Shown here in pieces: positions 48,973 through 59,348 of a stretch of 64,000 bases of DNA. Position 1 is the stretch's first letter. Each line of letters begins with the position of its first letter. A program made the position numbers and the translations under genes. A model generated the notes under the pieces. That model was not told where the DNA came from, made no database searches, and worked only from the letters and a program-made list of their open reading frames with translations. Source of the stretch: an uncultured Rhodobacter sp. (GTDB taxonomy: Bacteria; Pseudomonadota; Alphaproteobacteria; Rhodobacterales; Rhodobacteraceae); NCBI GenBank assembly GCA_965199865.1, contig CBDATU010000007.1:211548-275547 (forward strand), given 5' to 3'.

Positions 48973-50289
48973 TCATGCCCGTGTCAAGGCCATCCGGCTC
49001 TGCATCCGGTCCACCCAGCGGTAATAGGCGATGGCCATTGGCAGGAACCAGGGCCTGCCGGTATATAGAGGCCGCGTCGGATATCGCAGGCTGTCGAATG
49101 CGGTCTTTCCCTCCGCAAGTCCCAGGACTTTCTGGCCGGTTCGCATTCCCAGATAGCCGGCCATCGAAACTCCCGAGCCACAGTAGCCCTGAGCATAGTG
49201 CACCCCGTCGTGAACGCCCGTATGGGCAAGTTCGTCAAAGCTGTAGGCGACGGTTCCGCTCCAGCTGTGGCTGATGGCGCAGCCGCGCAGTTCGGGAAAG
49301 ATGTCGCACATTCTGTCATACAGCAGCGGAGCGCTGGTGGCGGTGTCGGTTTCGGCCGCGGAAACCCGACCTCCGAACAGGATACGCTTCCGGTCCGGAG
49401 CGGCACGGTAGTAGTAGACGATCCTGCAGGTATCGCTGGCAATTCTGTCCGTCGGAAACAGGGTATCGATCAGGTCCGGTGGAAGCTCGTCGGTGGCGAT
49501 GATGTAGCTGTTGATCGGGATTATCCGCCTTCGAAGCCATGGGACTAGCCCGGTCGAATAGCCATTGGTCGCCACGATGACATCATGCGCCTGAACCGAC
49601 CCTTTCGCGGTCGTGACAGTGAAGCCGTCCGAGCCTCTCCCGATGCCGGTGACGGCACAGCCTCCGATGGCCAGCGCCCCTGCTTCGCGTGCCTTACGCA
49701 GCATTTCCCGGTGCAGTTTCGCGGGATCGACCGCCGAGTGCCTGGGGAACACAACGCCGCCAAAATACGTGTCGGAGCCCAGTTCCGAGCGTTGGTCGGC
49801 ACGTGGAACCGCATGGCTTTCGACACCTTCCTCGCGGGCCATTGTCCCGGCGTCGCGCACCAGCGTTTCATAGTGGCGTGGCGTGTGGGCGGCGTGGTAG
49901 CGCCCTGAACGGCGAAAGTCGCAGTCCAGTCTTTCGCCTTCGACAAAGTCGGCCAGCCACTCGAGTGCCGAGGCTCCCTCAGCGCGAATGTCTCTGGCCT
50001 TCCGTTCTCCGAACTTCCTGGACAGTCTGGCGAGAGATGGCTTGACACTTGTGCTGATCTGACCACCGTTGCGCGTACTGCAGCCGAACCCCAGATCCTC
50101 CGCATCCAGCACCAGGGTGCTGCGGCCACCCCGTGCGGTCTGGATGGCTGCACTCAGGCCCGTATAGCCCGACCCAGCCACGAGTACATCGATCTTCTTA
50201 GGTAGAGCATCCGACGACACGGGAGCCAGTTCCAGCTGGTCCCGCCAGTAGACCCTGTGGCAAACATTCCCCAGTTCTGGACCAGCCAT
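48973..50289 (-). CDS. FAD-dependent oxidoreductase (DAO family, gamma-glutamylputrescine-oxidase-like)
   Basis: Dinucleotide motif DVLVAGSGYTGLSAA. The start is set at the ATG preceded by GGGGAGGAA. Confidence 0.85.
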   Translation of the reverse strand: MAGPELGNVCHRVYWRDQLELAPVSSDALPKKIDVLVAGSGYTGLSAAIQTARGGRSTLVLDAEDLGFGCSTRNGGQISTSVKPSLARLSRKFGERKARDIRAEGASALEWLADFVEGERLDCDFRRSGRYHAAHTPRHYETLVRDAGTMAREEGVESHAVPRADQRSELGSDTYFGGVVFPRHSAVDPAKLHREMLRKAREAGALAIGGCAVTGIGRGSDGFTVTTAKGSVQAHDVIVATNGYSTGLVPWLRRRIIPINSYIIATDELPPDLIDTLFPTDRIASDTCRIVYYYRAAPDRKRILFGGRVSAAETDTATSAPLLYDRMCDIFPELRGCAISHSWSGTVAYSFDELAHTGVHDGVHYAQGYCGSGVSMAGYLGMRTGQKVLGLAEGKTAFDSLRYPTRPLYTGRPWFLPMAIAYYRWVDRMQSRMALTRA

Positions 50290-50503
50290 GATTCCTCCCC
50301 GTGCGCGTCTCATTCGGAGTGGCCGCTTATCCACTCCTCACATCCCAATCCGACCATGGGTTCGATATCACGCTCCAGCCACATTCTTCAAATCGGTCTC
50401 TCCCCAAAACCGGGATGCACAGGCTATTGAAAAGGATGTATCGCACCGACCATTCCTGGCACGGGGAAACCGAAGAAATCAGATCGAACGTCCGGCTGGA
50501 TCC

Positions 50504-50862
50504 ATGAAAATCAAGTCAATCGAATCCTTCACCAGTAAATTCATCTGCTTCGTGCGTGTGACGACGGAGGATGGAGCCTAGGGCTGGGGGTAGGCCGCTC
50601 CCTATTGCGCCGACATCACCGCGCAGGTCCTGCACCGTCAGGTTGCGCCCTGGGCGCTCGGTATGGACAGCACCGACATTGACGGGATGGCCGACTATGT
50701 TCGTGATCGTGAGCACAAATTCCCCGGCAGCTATCTGCGCCGGGCGATTGGTGGTGTGGACACGGCTCTGTGGGACCTGCATGGAAGGCACTCGGGGCGT
50801 CCGGTCTGCGAGCTGATGGGCGGCACTCCCGGATCGTTCCGAGCCTATGCCTCGTCCATGAA
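50504..50862 (+). pseudogene. truncated copy of the enolase-superfamily gene at 57754, with two nonsense codons
   Basis: Colinear with 57754-58112. TAG at 50579-50581 and 50591-50593 replaces CAG. Homology ends at 50862, where an IS1595-like end begins. Confidence 0.8.
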
Positions 50863-51335
50863 GGTTTATTTGAAGAATCGCAGGGCTTTCCGGCGGTGCA
50901 CCACGAGGACTCCGGCAAGGTATTGCAGAAAAAAGTGTTTTCCTAAAAATTCGCATAAACGCAAGGCATTTTCGGTATGAGCTCGCAATATGTTCTCATT
51001 TGATTTTCATGGAAAGCCTCACCACCCCGTTCAGCCGCACCGAAAAGCAGGAAGTGAAGCAGACGCTCCCTGCCGATCCTTCGCAGGCCGACGCGAGCGA
51101 CCTGCCCGACCCGTCGAAGTGCCCACACCGCCGACACGGGGAGGTGCGAAGGAACGGATTGATCCGCGGAAAGTGAAGATTCAGGTGCCGCGGCTGCGGG
51201 CGCACCCTGTCCGCCAGGACAGGGACAGTGCGTCACCATTCCCAAAGGGACGATCCGACCTCAGCACTGTATCAGGCTGATGTTCGACAGCCTGTCGCTG
51301 CCAGCCATTGTGAAGGGCATGAGCATTTCCCCGCG
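50863..51335 (+). mobile_element. IS1595-family fragment (left end plus the 5' third of the transposase gene, with an in-frame stop)
   Basis: The end GGTTTATTTGAAGAATCG resembles the end of the intact IS at 56536. It encodes MESLTTPFSRTEKQEVKQTLPADPS..PDPSKCPHRRHGEVRRNG, parallel to MISIKNLIASFSSAERREMKRTLLAEPS..PDPSKCPHCGHADIRRNG. Confidence 0.6.
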
Positions 51336-51632
51336 CCGCTGTCCCCGCTCCTAGCGCACGGCACGACGGCCGTCCCGGCCCTGCGTCCGTAGCAAAGGCG
51401 GTCGGGGAAGCTGCAGAGTTCCTCCCGGTCGTGCTGCGGATGCTGGAGCGGAGCCAGTCCTTGATGGGATCAAAGCCCTCTTCAAAGGCGGGTGGCGAAA
51501 GCGCGCTGCAGGCCACAGTCTGGTTCATGGTGCAATCTCCCCGGCGGCGTCGGCCACCAGTTGGATGGTTGTGGTTCACCTGGAGAATGCGCCGTTTTCG
51601 AATTTCCACCAAACTCGCGACATGGCCAATCA
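51336..51632 (-). mobile_element. IS256-family fragment (right inverted repeat plus transposase N-terminus)
   Basis: GGTTCACCTGGAGAATGCGCCGTTTTCGAATTTCCACCAAACTCGCGACATGGCC resembles the IR at 5737-5790. It encodes MNQTVACSALSPPAFEEGFDPIKDWLRSSIR. Confidence 0.65.
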
Positions 51633-51854
51633 ATGCTACTGAAAAGTCAACAGCTGCCGGAAACAGTCGGCGATGCTAAACTCAGTGTTTGCTGCGACAT
51701 TCATCGAAACGCTGCAGAATGGCTGCCGCGGCGGCGCCAGCATTGCCGTTCTCACGCGGTCCTTCGATGAGAGCGGCAGGGACGACACCACGCACTTTAG
51801 GCCAATTCAAAATCATATCTTGAATTAGACTCAGATGATGCTAAACCATGCGCT

Positions 51855-53531
51855 ATGATCGAACGCGACCTTGCCCCAAGGCTGACGAAGGCAGCGCAGA
51901 CATGGCCGTCAGTCACGCTCACCGGACCTCGACAGAGCGGCAAGACAACGTTGTGTCGCGCCCTGTTCCCGCACCATCCATACGAAACGCTGGAAGCTCC
52001 AGATGTGCGGGCCTACGCTGCTGATGATCCTCGCGGCTTTCTGGCCCAGTTCCCGAAGGGTGCCATTCTTGATGAGGTCCAGAGAGCGCCGGAGCTGCTC
52101 TCGTACCTGCAAGGCATAATCGATGCGGACCCGGTGCCTGGCAGTTGGATCCTCACGGGCTCGCAGAACCTCTCCCTGCTTGAATCCATTAGCCAATCAC
52201 TGGCAGGAAGGACAGCGGTGTATAACCTGCTTCCACTGACGCACGGCGAGACGATACGGTTTCCGCAGCATCCTATGACTCTCGAAGAGACTCTCTTTAC
52301 CGGCTCCTACCCGCGGATATTCAACGAAGGTCAAGAGGTCTCAGAATGGCTCGGCTCCTATACCGCCACCTATATCGAACGCGATGTAAGGACAATCAGC
52401 AACGTAGGCGACCTCACGACATTTCAGCGCTTCGTTACATTATGCGCAGGTCGCACGGCGCAGTTGCTCAACTACTCGTCGCTCGCCGGAGATTGCGGTA
52501 TCTCGCAACCGACGGCGAAAGCTTGGCTCGGGATCCTTGAAACCAGCTTTGTCACCTTTCGCCTGCCAGCCCTTTACGCGAAGCTTCGCAAGCGGCTGGT
52601 GAAAATGCCGAAGCTGCACTTCTATGATACCGGGCTTGTCTGCTGGCTGTTGGGCATACGCGATCCCAATCAGCTCCGTGCGCACCCGCTTCGAGGCTCG
52701 ATTTTCGAGACATGGGTCGTTTCGGAGATCGCCAAACACAGAGCCAACCGTGGCGAAACTGGCGGGATTTCGTTTTTCCGCGACCGGAACGGAGCGGAGG
52801 CCGACCTCGTAGTCGAAACTCCGGCTGGCGCCATGATCGTCGAAGCCAAGTCCTCCCAGACAGCGTCCTCCAGCCTGTTCGATGGCGCCAAACGCGTTCG
52901 AAAGTACCTTGCGCCATCAATCCGCCGATGCTCCGTCACCGTTATCTACGGCGGTGACCGACCGCAGCTACGAGGGCCGGACAGCCTGATACCCTGGAGT
53001 GAACTGCACGAGTTTGACTGGGACATATTGGACAGCATCGTCATCGTCCGAGCCGCGGGTCTGCCCACTGCCGGAGCCAGTGTCCTTGCGCTGTTTCCTA
53101 ACAAGACATGGCAGACTGCGGTCACTGACGAGAGCGGCACCGCAGTCTTCGACCTGCATTCGGCTCAACAGCCAATGACCGTCTTTGTTGCCGCAAGAGG
53201 GTTCGCCGCACATATGGAGTGCGACTGGAAACCGGTGAACGGGCCGCTCCACGTCGAAATGACGGAATTGTCCAATGGCGGCAGCGTCATCTTTCCGAAC
53301 GGTACGGGACACGTGCCAATCCTGCGCGGTCGGCTCAATCCGATCTTGGACAACAATGAGCGCACTTATATCTATGCCGATAACATCGCCATCAACGGTG
53401 GGCTCCAGCAGCCGGTACACTTTTCTGCGGAGGAGGATTTGCGCCTCACCGATGCTGAGGGGCAGGAGGCGACAGTTCGCATCGTTGCGATCGTCGGTCG
53501 GACATGTCTGGTGCAGTACCGTCACGTCTAA
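51855..53531 (+). CDS. AAA+ ATPase of the AAA_14/DUF4143 type with a ~160-aa C-terminal beta-rich extension
   Basis: Walker A GPRQSGKTT, Walker B AILDEVQRAPEL. DUF4143-like segment FQRFVTLCAGRTAQLLNYSSLAGDCGISQPTAKAWLGILETSF. At 558 aa it is longer than the family's usual ~400. Confidence 0.75.
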   Translation: MIERDLAPRLTKAAQTWPSVTLTGPRQSGKTTLCRALFPHHPYETLEAPDVRAYAADDPRGFLAQFPKGAILDEVQRAPELLSYLQGIIDADPVPGSWILTGSQNLSLLESISQSLAGRTAVYNLLPLTHGETIRFPQHPMTLEETLFTGSYPRIFNEGQEVSEWLGSYTATYIERDVRTISNVGDLTTFQRFVTLCAGRTAQLLNYSSLAGDCGISQPTAKAWLGILETSFVTFRLPALYAKLRKRLVKMPKLHFYDTGLVCWLLGIRDPNQLRAHPLRGSIFETWVVSEIAKHRANRGETGGISFFRDRNGAEADLVVETPAGAMIVEAKSSQTASSSLFDGAKRVRKYLAPSIRRCSVTVIYGGDRPQLRGPDSLIPWSELHEFDWDILDSIVIVRAAGLPTAGASVLALFPNKTWQTAVTDESGTAVFDLHSAQQPMTVFVAARGFAAHMECDWKPVNGPLHVEMTELSNGGSVIFPNGTGHVPILRGRLNPILDNNERTYIYADNIAINGGLQQPVHFSAEEDLRLTDAEGQEATVRIVAIVGRTCLVQYRHV

Positions 53532-53699
53532 CGAATTCACAAGATCGACCTATATCGCTGTGCCCATCCACGCCCCGGGGAAAGCGAGCCTAGTGGTGTG
53601 CAAGCTCTGTAGGGTTATCGCGTTTGAAATTATACTATTGCGAGTGATATTCATTGATGCCAGTATATCTGAAAAACAGGCAGATAGGCAGAATGTGCA

Positions 53700-54814
53700 G
53701 GTGAATTTCCTAGAGGCAGGGATCCCCGCCACAGCAGCGCAACCCGCCACGACCTTCACGAAACGTCCATGGTCGGACCTGCGGTCATTCGCTGCGGGGG
53801 TGAGAAGTGTCCGGACATGGTGCCGTTCGGGCGGTGCAGGGAGGACTTTCCACCCCGGTTCATGAAACCCGTCACGGCATTCCGGGCCGTGACGCACTGT
53901 CCGGCCCGTTCAGCGCGATGGATCCGGAGGGCCTCAACGCCGCCCTGCTCCGGCTTGTCAGTGACTGGGCCGAACGGCTCGGCGACGGCGTGACCGCGAC
54001 CGACGCAGGGCGACGGGCGGTCCTTCGCCGATGCGGCGGAACGCTCCCCGCTCCACTGGTCCAGGCCTTCACGGCCAAGTGGGGGTCTTGCCGGACAGGT
54101 CCGGGTCTCCGGCAGGTCAGACGGGATCACGGCGATGCCCGCGCCCCCTGACACTGCCGGCCTCAGGGGCGGGACGGTGACCGACGGTGCGAAGCACACG
54201 CAGCGGACGACGGTGGAACGCGTCACGGCCCGTGGTGGCGCGTATGTCCTGGCACCCGGGGGCAGCCAGGGGAGCCTGCAAGAGGATGTGGTGCCGTACA
54301 TGGAGAATCCACAGATGTCCGCGGGCACTGCCGTTCCCAGGGGGCGGTGTGGAAAAGGGGCATGGCCGCACCGGGACCAGGAGATTGCGGGTGTGCCACG
54401 ACACCGAGTGGCTGTGGCAGGCCTATACCGGTCCGGCCTGACGGCGATCAGGGCGGGCGCTGCGGCTCGGGAGATCCGGGACGGAACGGCGGCCGGGACA
54501 CGGTGTCCGTCATGAGCGGGGCGCCTCACGCCGGAGCGGCTGCCGGGGACGGTCAGCGCCCACTGGCGGATCGGGAACTGCCTTCACCGGGTTATGGACT
54601 TCGCCATGAACCGGACCGGCAGTGGTCGGCGGAACCTGGCCATGATGCGGCAGATGGCAACGGATCTGGTGAGGTCCGCAAGGGGCGGAAGGGGTTGTCG
54701 ATGCAGAGCAGAATGAAGATGGTGGGATGGGACCATGATGTCCCGTTCCAGCTGATTCGGGCAGCCGTCGACCTCAGCGATGAGGCCCGAAAAAGGGAAG
54801 CCCAAAAGCGATAA
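53700..54814 (+). pseudogene. ISAs1-family transposase with multiple frameshifts
   Basis: Fragments across three frames: DPRHSSATRHDLHETSMV..CGGEKCPDM; DPEGLNAALLRLVSDWAERLGDG; LRGGTVTDGAKHTQRTTVERVTARGGAYVLAPGGSQGSLQEDV; HWRIGNCLHRVMDFAMNRT; KMVGWDHDVPFQLI. Confidence 0.7.
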
Positions 54815-54935
54815 CCCTACAGCGAAGTCGCCCTGGTTAGGGTTATACTTAGTTTCATGTATTCCTCCTGTTGAATTCGATTGCGGCCAGGCCGCTTTTC
54901 GCCAGTTCAACTGGCTTGTTAGCTGTCTCCCCTGT

Positions 54936-55261
54936 TCATGCCCGTGTCAAGGTCATCCGGCTCTGCATCCGGTCCACCCAGCGGTAATAGGCGATGGCCA
55001 CTGGCAGGAACCAGGGCCTGCCGGTATATAGAGGCCGCGTCGGATATCGCAGGCTGTCGAATGCGGTCTTTCCCTCCGCGAGGCCCAAGACCTTCTGGCC
55101 GGTTCGCATTCCCAGATAGCCGGCCATCGAAACTCCCGAGCCACAATAGCCCTGAGCATAGTGCACCCCGTCATGAACGCCCGTATGGGCGAGTTCGTCA
55201 AAGCTGTAGGCGACGGTTCCGCTCCAGCTGTGGCTGATGGCGCAGCCGCGCAGTTCGGGAA
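54936..55261 (-). pseudogene. 3' part of a second FAD-oxidoreductase copy, split by the IS1595 element
   Basis: Near-identical to 48973-49298. Homology stops at the IS target duplication TTCGGGAA. Confidence 0.85.
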
Positions 55262-56536
55262 GGCTCTTTTGATAATTCGTAGCGAACGGAGGGCTCCGCG
55301 GTGCGGTTTTCGGTGGCGCGCGTGCCGCCGAACCCGCTTCGGAGGCGGTTCGGGGTGTCCGCATGCGCGGATCCGGCGGTTCGGAAGGCTGGTGAACGAC
55401 TGGCGGGCAGCGCTTCGGGCGGCCCGGACGGGGCCGCCGCGTGGCCTGCTTCATGATCCGTCAGGTGAGCGCCATCGGCCTCCGCCGCAGGCTGCGGGCG
55501 CTGGCCCGGCACCCCTGCGCGGTCATCACCGGGTACGGATCGGCCCCACGGCGCTGGAAGAAGAGAAGATAGTGGTCCAGGTATTTCGTCGCCACGCCGT
55601 TGAAGCGGCGGATCCACCCCTTCAGGTGGCTGTGGAGGCTGTTCACCGTCTGGATGTGAAGGGAGCCTTCCCCCCTGCCGCCCTTAAGCTCCGTGTGCGA
55701 CGTCCCGCGCTCCGCCGCCAGCGCGGCGTAGGCCTGATGGGCGTCCGTGACCAGGACGGAGCCCTTCCAGTCGACGGGATCGCCCAACAGCCGGCGGAGG
55801 TCGTCCACCGACATGCGCCCGAGGCAGGCGGAACGCAGGCAGGTGCCCCGCTGCCTGTCGGTGGCGGTGAGGACGCAGACCTTTTCCTTTGATATCCCGC
55901 GCTTTTTCGACTTCCGGCCACGCTTCCGGGCGGGCCGGGGAGGGTCCCCGCGCTGTCCCTTGAAGGACAGCCTGAAACACCTCCCGTCGGCCTCGACGAC
56001 GCCGGAGAGCCTTGGCCCGGGCATGCGGCTCAAGGCGTTGAGGACCTTGTGACGCCACGCGAACGCCGTCGGCAGGCTGATGTCCATCCTCTTCACGATG
56101 ACCGGCAGCGACAGGCCCTGGAACATCAGCTTTATGTAGAGCGCCCAGGTCGGATCGTCCCTGTGGGAGTAGTGGCGGACCGTCCCCGTCCTGGTGGAGA
56201 AGGTGCGCCCGCAGCTCCGGCACCTGAATCTCCGCTTCCCGCGGACCGACCCGTTCCTGCGGATGTCCGCGTGACCGCAGTGCGGGCATTTCGACGGGTC
56301 CGGCGGCTCTCCGGCGTCGGCTTCGGAGGGCTCGGCGAGAAGCGTCCGCTTCATTTCCCGCCTTTCGGCGCTACTGAACGAGGCGATGAGGTTCTTTATC
56401 GAGATCATGGAGAACATATAGCGAACCATTGTCGCGGACGCAAGGCCTTCGGACGGATTATTTCGGAAAAATTCCGTTTTCCCGCAACGTGTTGCCGGAA
56501 TCCCGCCAGATCGCACTACAAATTTTCTAAAGAGCC
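55262..56536 (-). mobile_element. IS1595-family insertion sequence (1275 bp) with an 8-bp target duplication
   Basis: Ends are GGCTCTTTTGATAATTCGTAGCGA (55262) and the complement of GGCTCTTTAGAAAATTTGTAGTGCGA (56536). Direct repeat TTCGGGAA occurs at 55254-55261 and 56537-56544. The uninterrupted target is seen at 49288-49295. Confidence 0.9.
55461..56408 (-). CDS. IS1595-family transposase
   Basis: N-terminal zinc ribbon KCPHCGHADIRRNGSVRGKRRFRCRSCGRTF, then the DDE region (VVEADGRCF..., VLVTDAHQAYAAL, NSLHSHLKGWIRRFNGVATKYLDHYL). The start is chosen at the Met conserved with the fragment at 50863. Confidence 0.85.
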   Translation of the reverse strand: MISIKNLIASFSSAERREMKRTLLAEPSEADAGEPPDPSKCPHCGHADIRRNGSVRGKRRFRCRSCGRTFSTRTGTVRHYSHRDDPTWALYIKLMFQGLSLPVIVKRMDISLPTAFAWRHKVLNALSRMPGPRLSGVVEADGRCFRLSFKGQRGDPPRPARKRGRKSKKRGISKEKVCVLTATDRQRGTCLRSACLGRMSVDDLRRLLGDPVDWKGSVLVTDAHQAYAALAAERGTSHTELKGGRGEGSLHIQTVNSLHSHLKGWIRRFNGVATKYLDHYLLFFQRRGADPYPVMTAQGCRASARSLRRRPMALT

Positions 56537-57535
56537 TTCGGGAAAGATGTCGCACATTCTGTCATACAGCAGCGGAGCGCTGGTGGCGGTGTCGGTTTCG
56601 GCCGCGGAAACCCGACCTCCGAACAGGATACGCTTCCGGTCCGGAGCGGCACGGTAGTAGTAGACGATCCTGCAGGTATCGCTGGCAATTCTGTCCGTCG
56701 GAAACAGGGTATCGATCAGGTCCGGTGGAAGCTCGTCGGTGGCGATGATGTAGCTGTTGATCGGGATTATCCGCCTTCGAAGCCATGGGACTAGCCCGGT
56801 CGAATAGCCATTGGTCGCCACGATGACATCATGCGCCTGAACCGACCCTTTCGCGGTCGTGACAGTGAAGCCGTCCGAGCCTCTCCCGATGCCGGTGACG
56901 GCACAGCCTCCGATGGCCAGCGCCCCTGCTTCGCGTGCCTTACGCAGCATTTCCCGGTGCAGTTTCGCGGGATCGACCGCCGAGTGCCTGGGGAACACAA
57001 CGCCGCCAAAATACGTGTCGGAGCCCAGTTCCGAGCGTTGGTCGGCACGTGGAACCGCATGGCTTTCGACACCTTCCTCGCGGGCCATTGTCCCGGCGTC
57101 GCGCACCAGCGTTTCATAGTGGCGTGGCGTGTGGGCGGCGTGGTAGCGCCCTGAACGGCGAAAGTCGCAGTCCAGTCTTTCGCCTTCGACAAAGTCGGCC
57201 AGCCACTCGAGTGCCGAGGCTCCCTCAGCGCGAATGTCTCTGGCCTTCCGTTCTCCGAACTTCCTGGACAGTCTGGCGAGAGATGGCTTGACACTTGTGC
57301 TGATCTGACCACCGTTGCGCGTACTGCAGCCGAACCCCAGATCCTCCGCATCCAGCACCAGGGTGCTGCGGCCACCCCGTGCGGTCTGGATGGCTGCACT
57401 CAGGCCCGTATAGCCCGACCCAGCCACCAGTACATCGATCTTCTTAGGTAGAGCATCCGACGACACGGGAGCCGGTTCCAGCTGGTCCCGCCAGTAGACC
57501 CTGTGGCAAACATTCCCCAGCTCTGGAACAGCCGT
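56537..57535 (-). pseudogene. 5' part of the second FAD-oxidoreductase copy
   Basis: Colinear with 49288-50289. The start codon position reads ACG instead of ATG. Confidence 0.85.
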
Positions 57536-57753
57536 GATTCCTCCCCGTGTGCGTCTCATTCGGAGTGGCCGCTCATCCACTCATCCATCGCATCCCAATC
57601 CGACCATGGGTTCGATATCACGCTCCGACCACATTCCTCAAATCGGCCTCTCCCCAAAACCGGGCTGCACAGGCTATTGAAAAGGATGTATCGTACAGAC
57701 CATCCCTGGCACGGGGAAACTGAAGAAATCAGATCGAACGTCCGGCTGGATCC

Positions 57754-58851
57754 ATGAAAATCAAGTCAATCGAAACCTTCACCAGTGAATTCATCTGCTT
57801 CGTGCGTGTGACGACCGAGGATGGCGCCCAGGGTTGGGGGCAGACCGCTCCCTATTGCGCCGACATCACGGCGCAGGTCCTGCACCGTCAGGTTGCGCCC
57901 TGGGCGCTTGGTATGGACAGCACCGACATTGACGGGATGGCCGACTATGTTCGTGACCGTGAGCACAAGTTCCCCGGCAGCTATCTGCGCCGCGCGATTG
58001 GTGGTGTCGACACCGCTCTGTGGGATCTGCATGGCCAACGTTCAGGGCGGCCGGTCTGCGAGTTGATCGGCGGAACTCCCGGATCGTTCCGAGCCTATGC
58101 CTCTTCCATGAAACGCGACATCACGCCCCGGGATGAAGCAGATCGTTTCAAGCGTCTGCGCCACGATTATGGCTTCGACGCCTTCAAGTTCCGCGTTGGT
58201 GCTGAGGTTGGCAGGGACCGGGATGAATGGCATGGTCGAACAGAAGAGATCGTGCCCACCATCCGTAAGGCGGTGGGTGACGACGTTGCGCTGCTGGTCG
58301 ACGCGAACTCCTGCTATTCCCCGACCAAGGCCATCGAGGTTGGCAATCTGCTTATTGACAATGGTGTCTCGCATTTTGAGGAGCCGTGCCCCTACTGGGA
58401 GTTCGAGCAGACCAGGCAGGTTACCGACGCGCTACCGATCGACGTGACTGGCGGTGAGCAGGACTGCATGCTCGCGAACTGGAAGCGCATGATCGATGAC
58501 CGTGTCGTGGATGTCCTACAGCCTGACATCTGCTACCTGGGTGGGATTTCCCGCACTATGCGTGTGGCCAGGATGGCCGAGGCCGCTGGCATGCCGATCA
58601 CGCCGCATGCCGCGAACCTATCAATGGTGACACTATTCACGATGCACCTGCTGCGCGCCATTCCGAATGCGGGCAAATATCTTGAGTATTCAATCGAAGG
58701 GCTGGACTACTACCCGTGGCAGGACGGTCTGTTTACAGACGACCCGTTCGAGATTGTGGAAGGCAGGGCCACCGTGACGGATGCGCCGGGCTGGGGTGTC
58801 GAAATCTCGCCCGAATGGCTAGCCAAATCGGACTACAGAATCAGCGAATGA
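57754..58851 (+). CDS. enolase-superfamily enzyme (mandelate racemase / muconate lactonizing enzyme family)
   Basis: 365 aa. N-terminal capping domain (FVRVTTEDGAQGWGQTAPY). Barrel metal-ligand contexts LLVDANSCY, HFEEPC, GGEQDC. Confidence 0.85.
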   Translation: MKIKSIETFTSEFICFVRVTTEDGAQGWGQTAPYCADITAQVLHRQVAPWALGMDSTDIDGMADYVRDREHKFPGSYLRRAIGGVDTALWDLHGQRSGRPVCELIGGTPGSFRAYASSMKRDITPRDEADRFKRLRHDYGFDAFKFRVGAEVGRDRDEWHGRTEEIVPTIRKAVGDDVALLVDANSCYSPTKAIEVGNLLIDNGVSHFEEPCPYWEFEQTRQVTDALPIDVTGGEQDCMLANWKRMIDDRVVDVLQPDICYLGGISRTMRVARMAEAAGMPITPHAANLSMVTLFTMHLLRAIPNAGKYLEYSIEGLDYYPWQDGLFTDDPFEIVEGRATVTDAPGWGVEISPEWLAKSDYRISE

Positions 58852-59096
58852 AGAGACTGAATGAAAGTCGAAGAGATTCCGATAGGGAAGTGAAGCTAGA
58901 TCTCATGCATCATCCGGATTCAATGTCTGCCTATTGCATTTCATGAGATGCGTGAATCCGTGATCGTGAACCGCCAATCCATTTTCCTGCCCGCAAGGTC
59001 GCACCGGGCCTATCGGGCCACAACCTCACTCTACACTGCCGACTGAGTTGGTATCCGGTGATCTGAGCACCGCCTGTTGAGGACAATGGGTTTGAC

Positions 59097-59115
59097 GTCT
59101 CAATCCGCTGTGTAG
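59097..59115. repeat. orphan partial CRISPR repeat left of the IS256 remnant
   Basis: GTCTCAATCCGCTGTGTAG matches the first 19 nt of the array repeat at 17/19 positions. It abuts the IS256-type inverted repeat. Confidence 0.5.
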
Positions 59116-59348
59116 GGTCGTGTCGCGAGTTCGGTGGAAATTCGAAATTGGTGCAATCTTCGGGTTGGTCGGGTTTCGCCAGGTCAGGCAGCGGGGTCAA
59201 GAGCGACATGTCTGGCTTGATGAGACAGGATCTACCAATCATGGACCCATTCGCTGTCAGATCTGGCATGACGCCAAGAGCGATAGAGCAACATGGGCAC
59301 CTTCCCCGCGCAAAGCAGCGAGACCAACATCCTGACGCGACATCGACG
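59116..59348 (-). mobile_element. IS256-family remnant (left inverted repeat plus ~180 bp of the transposase 3' end)
   Basis: GGTCGTGTCGCGAGTTCGGTGGAAATTCGAAATTGGTGCAATCTTCGGGTTGGTC parallels 4393-4446. The following DNA is colinear with 4447-4620. It ends against the first, degenerate CRISPR repeat. Confidence 0.7.

Noticed and set aside
54811-54848. Short inverted repeat ATAACCCTA / TAGGGTTAT at the left junction of the duplicated segment.
   Set aside because: It is only 9 bp. One arm is simply the duplicated coding sequence of the binding-protein N-terminus, so this is compatible with chance.
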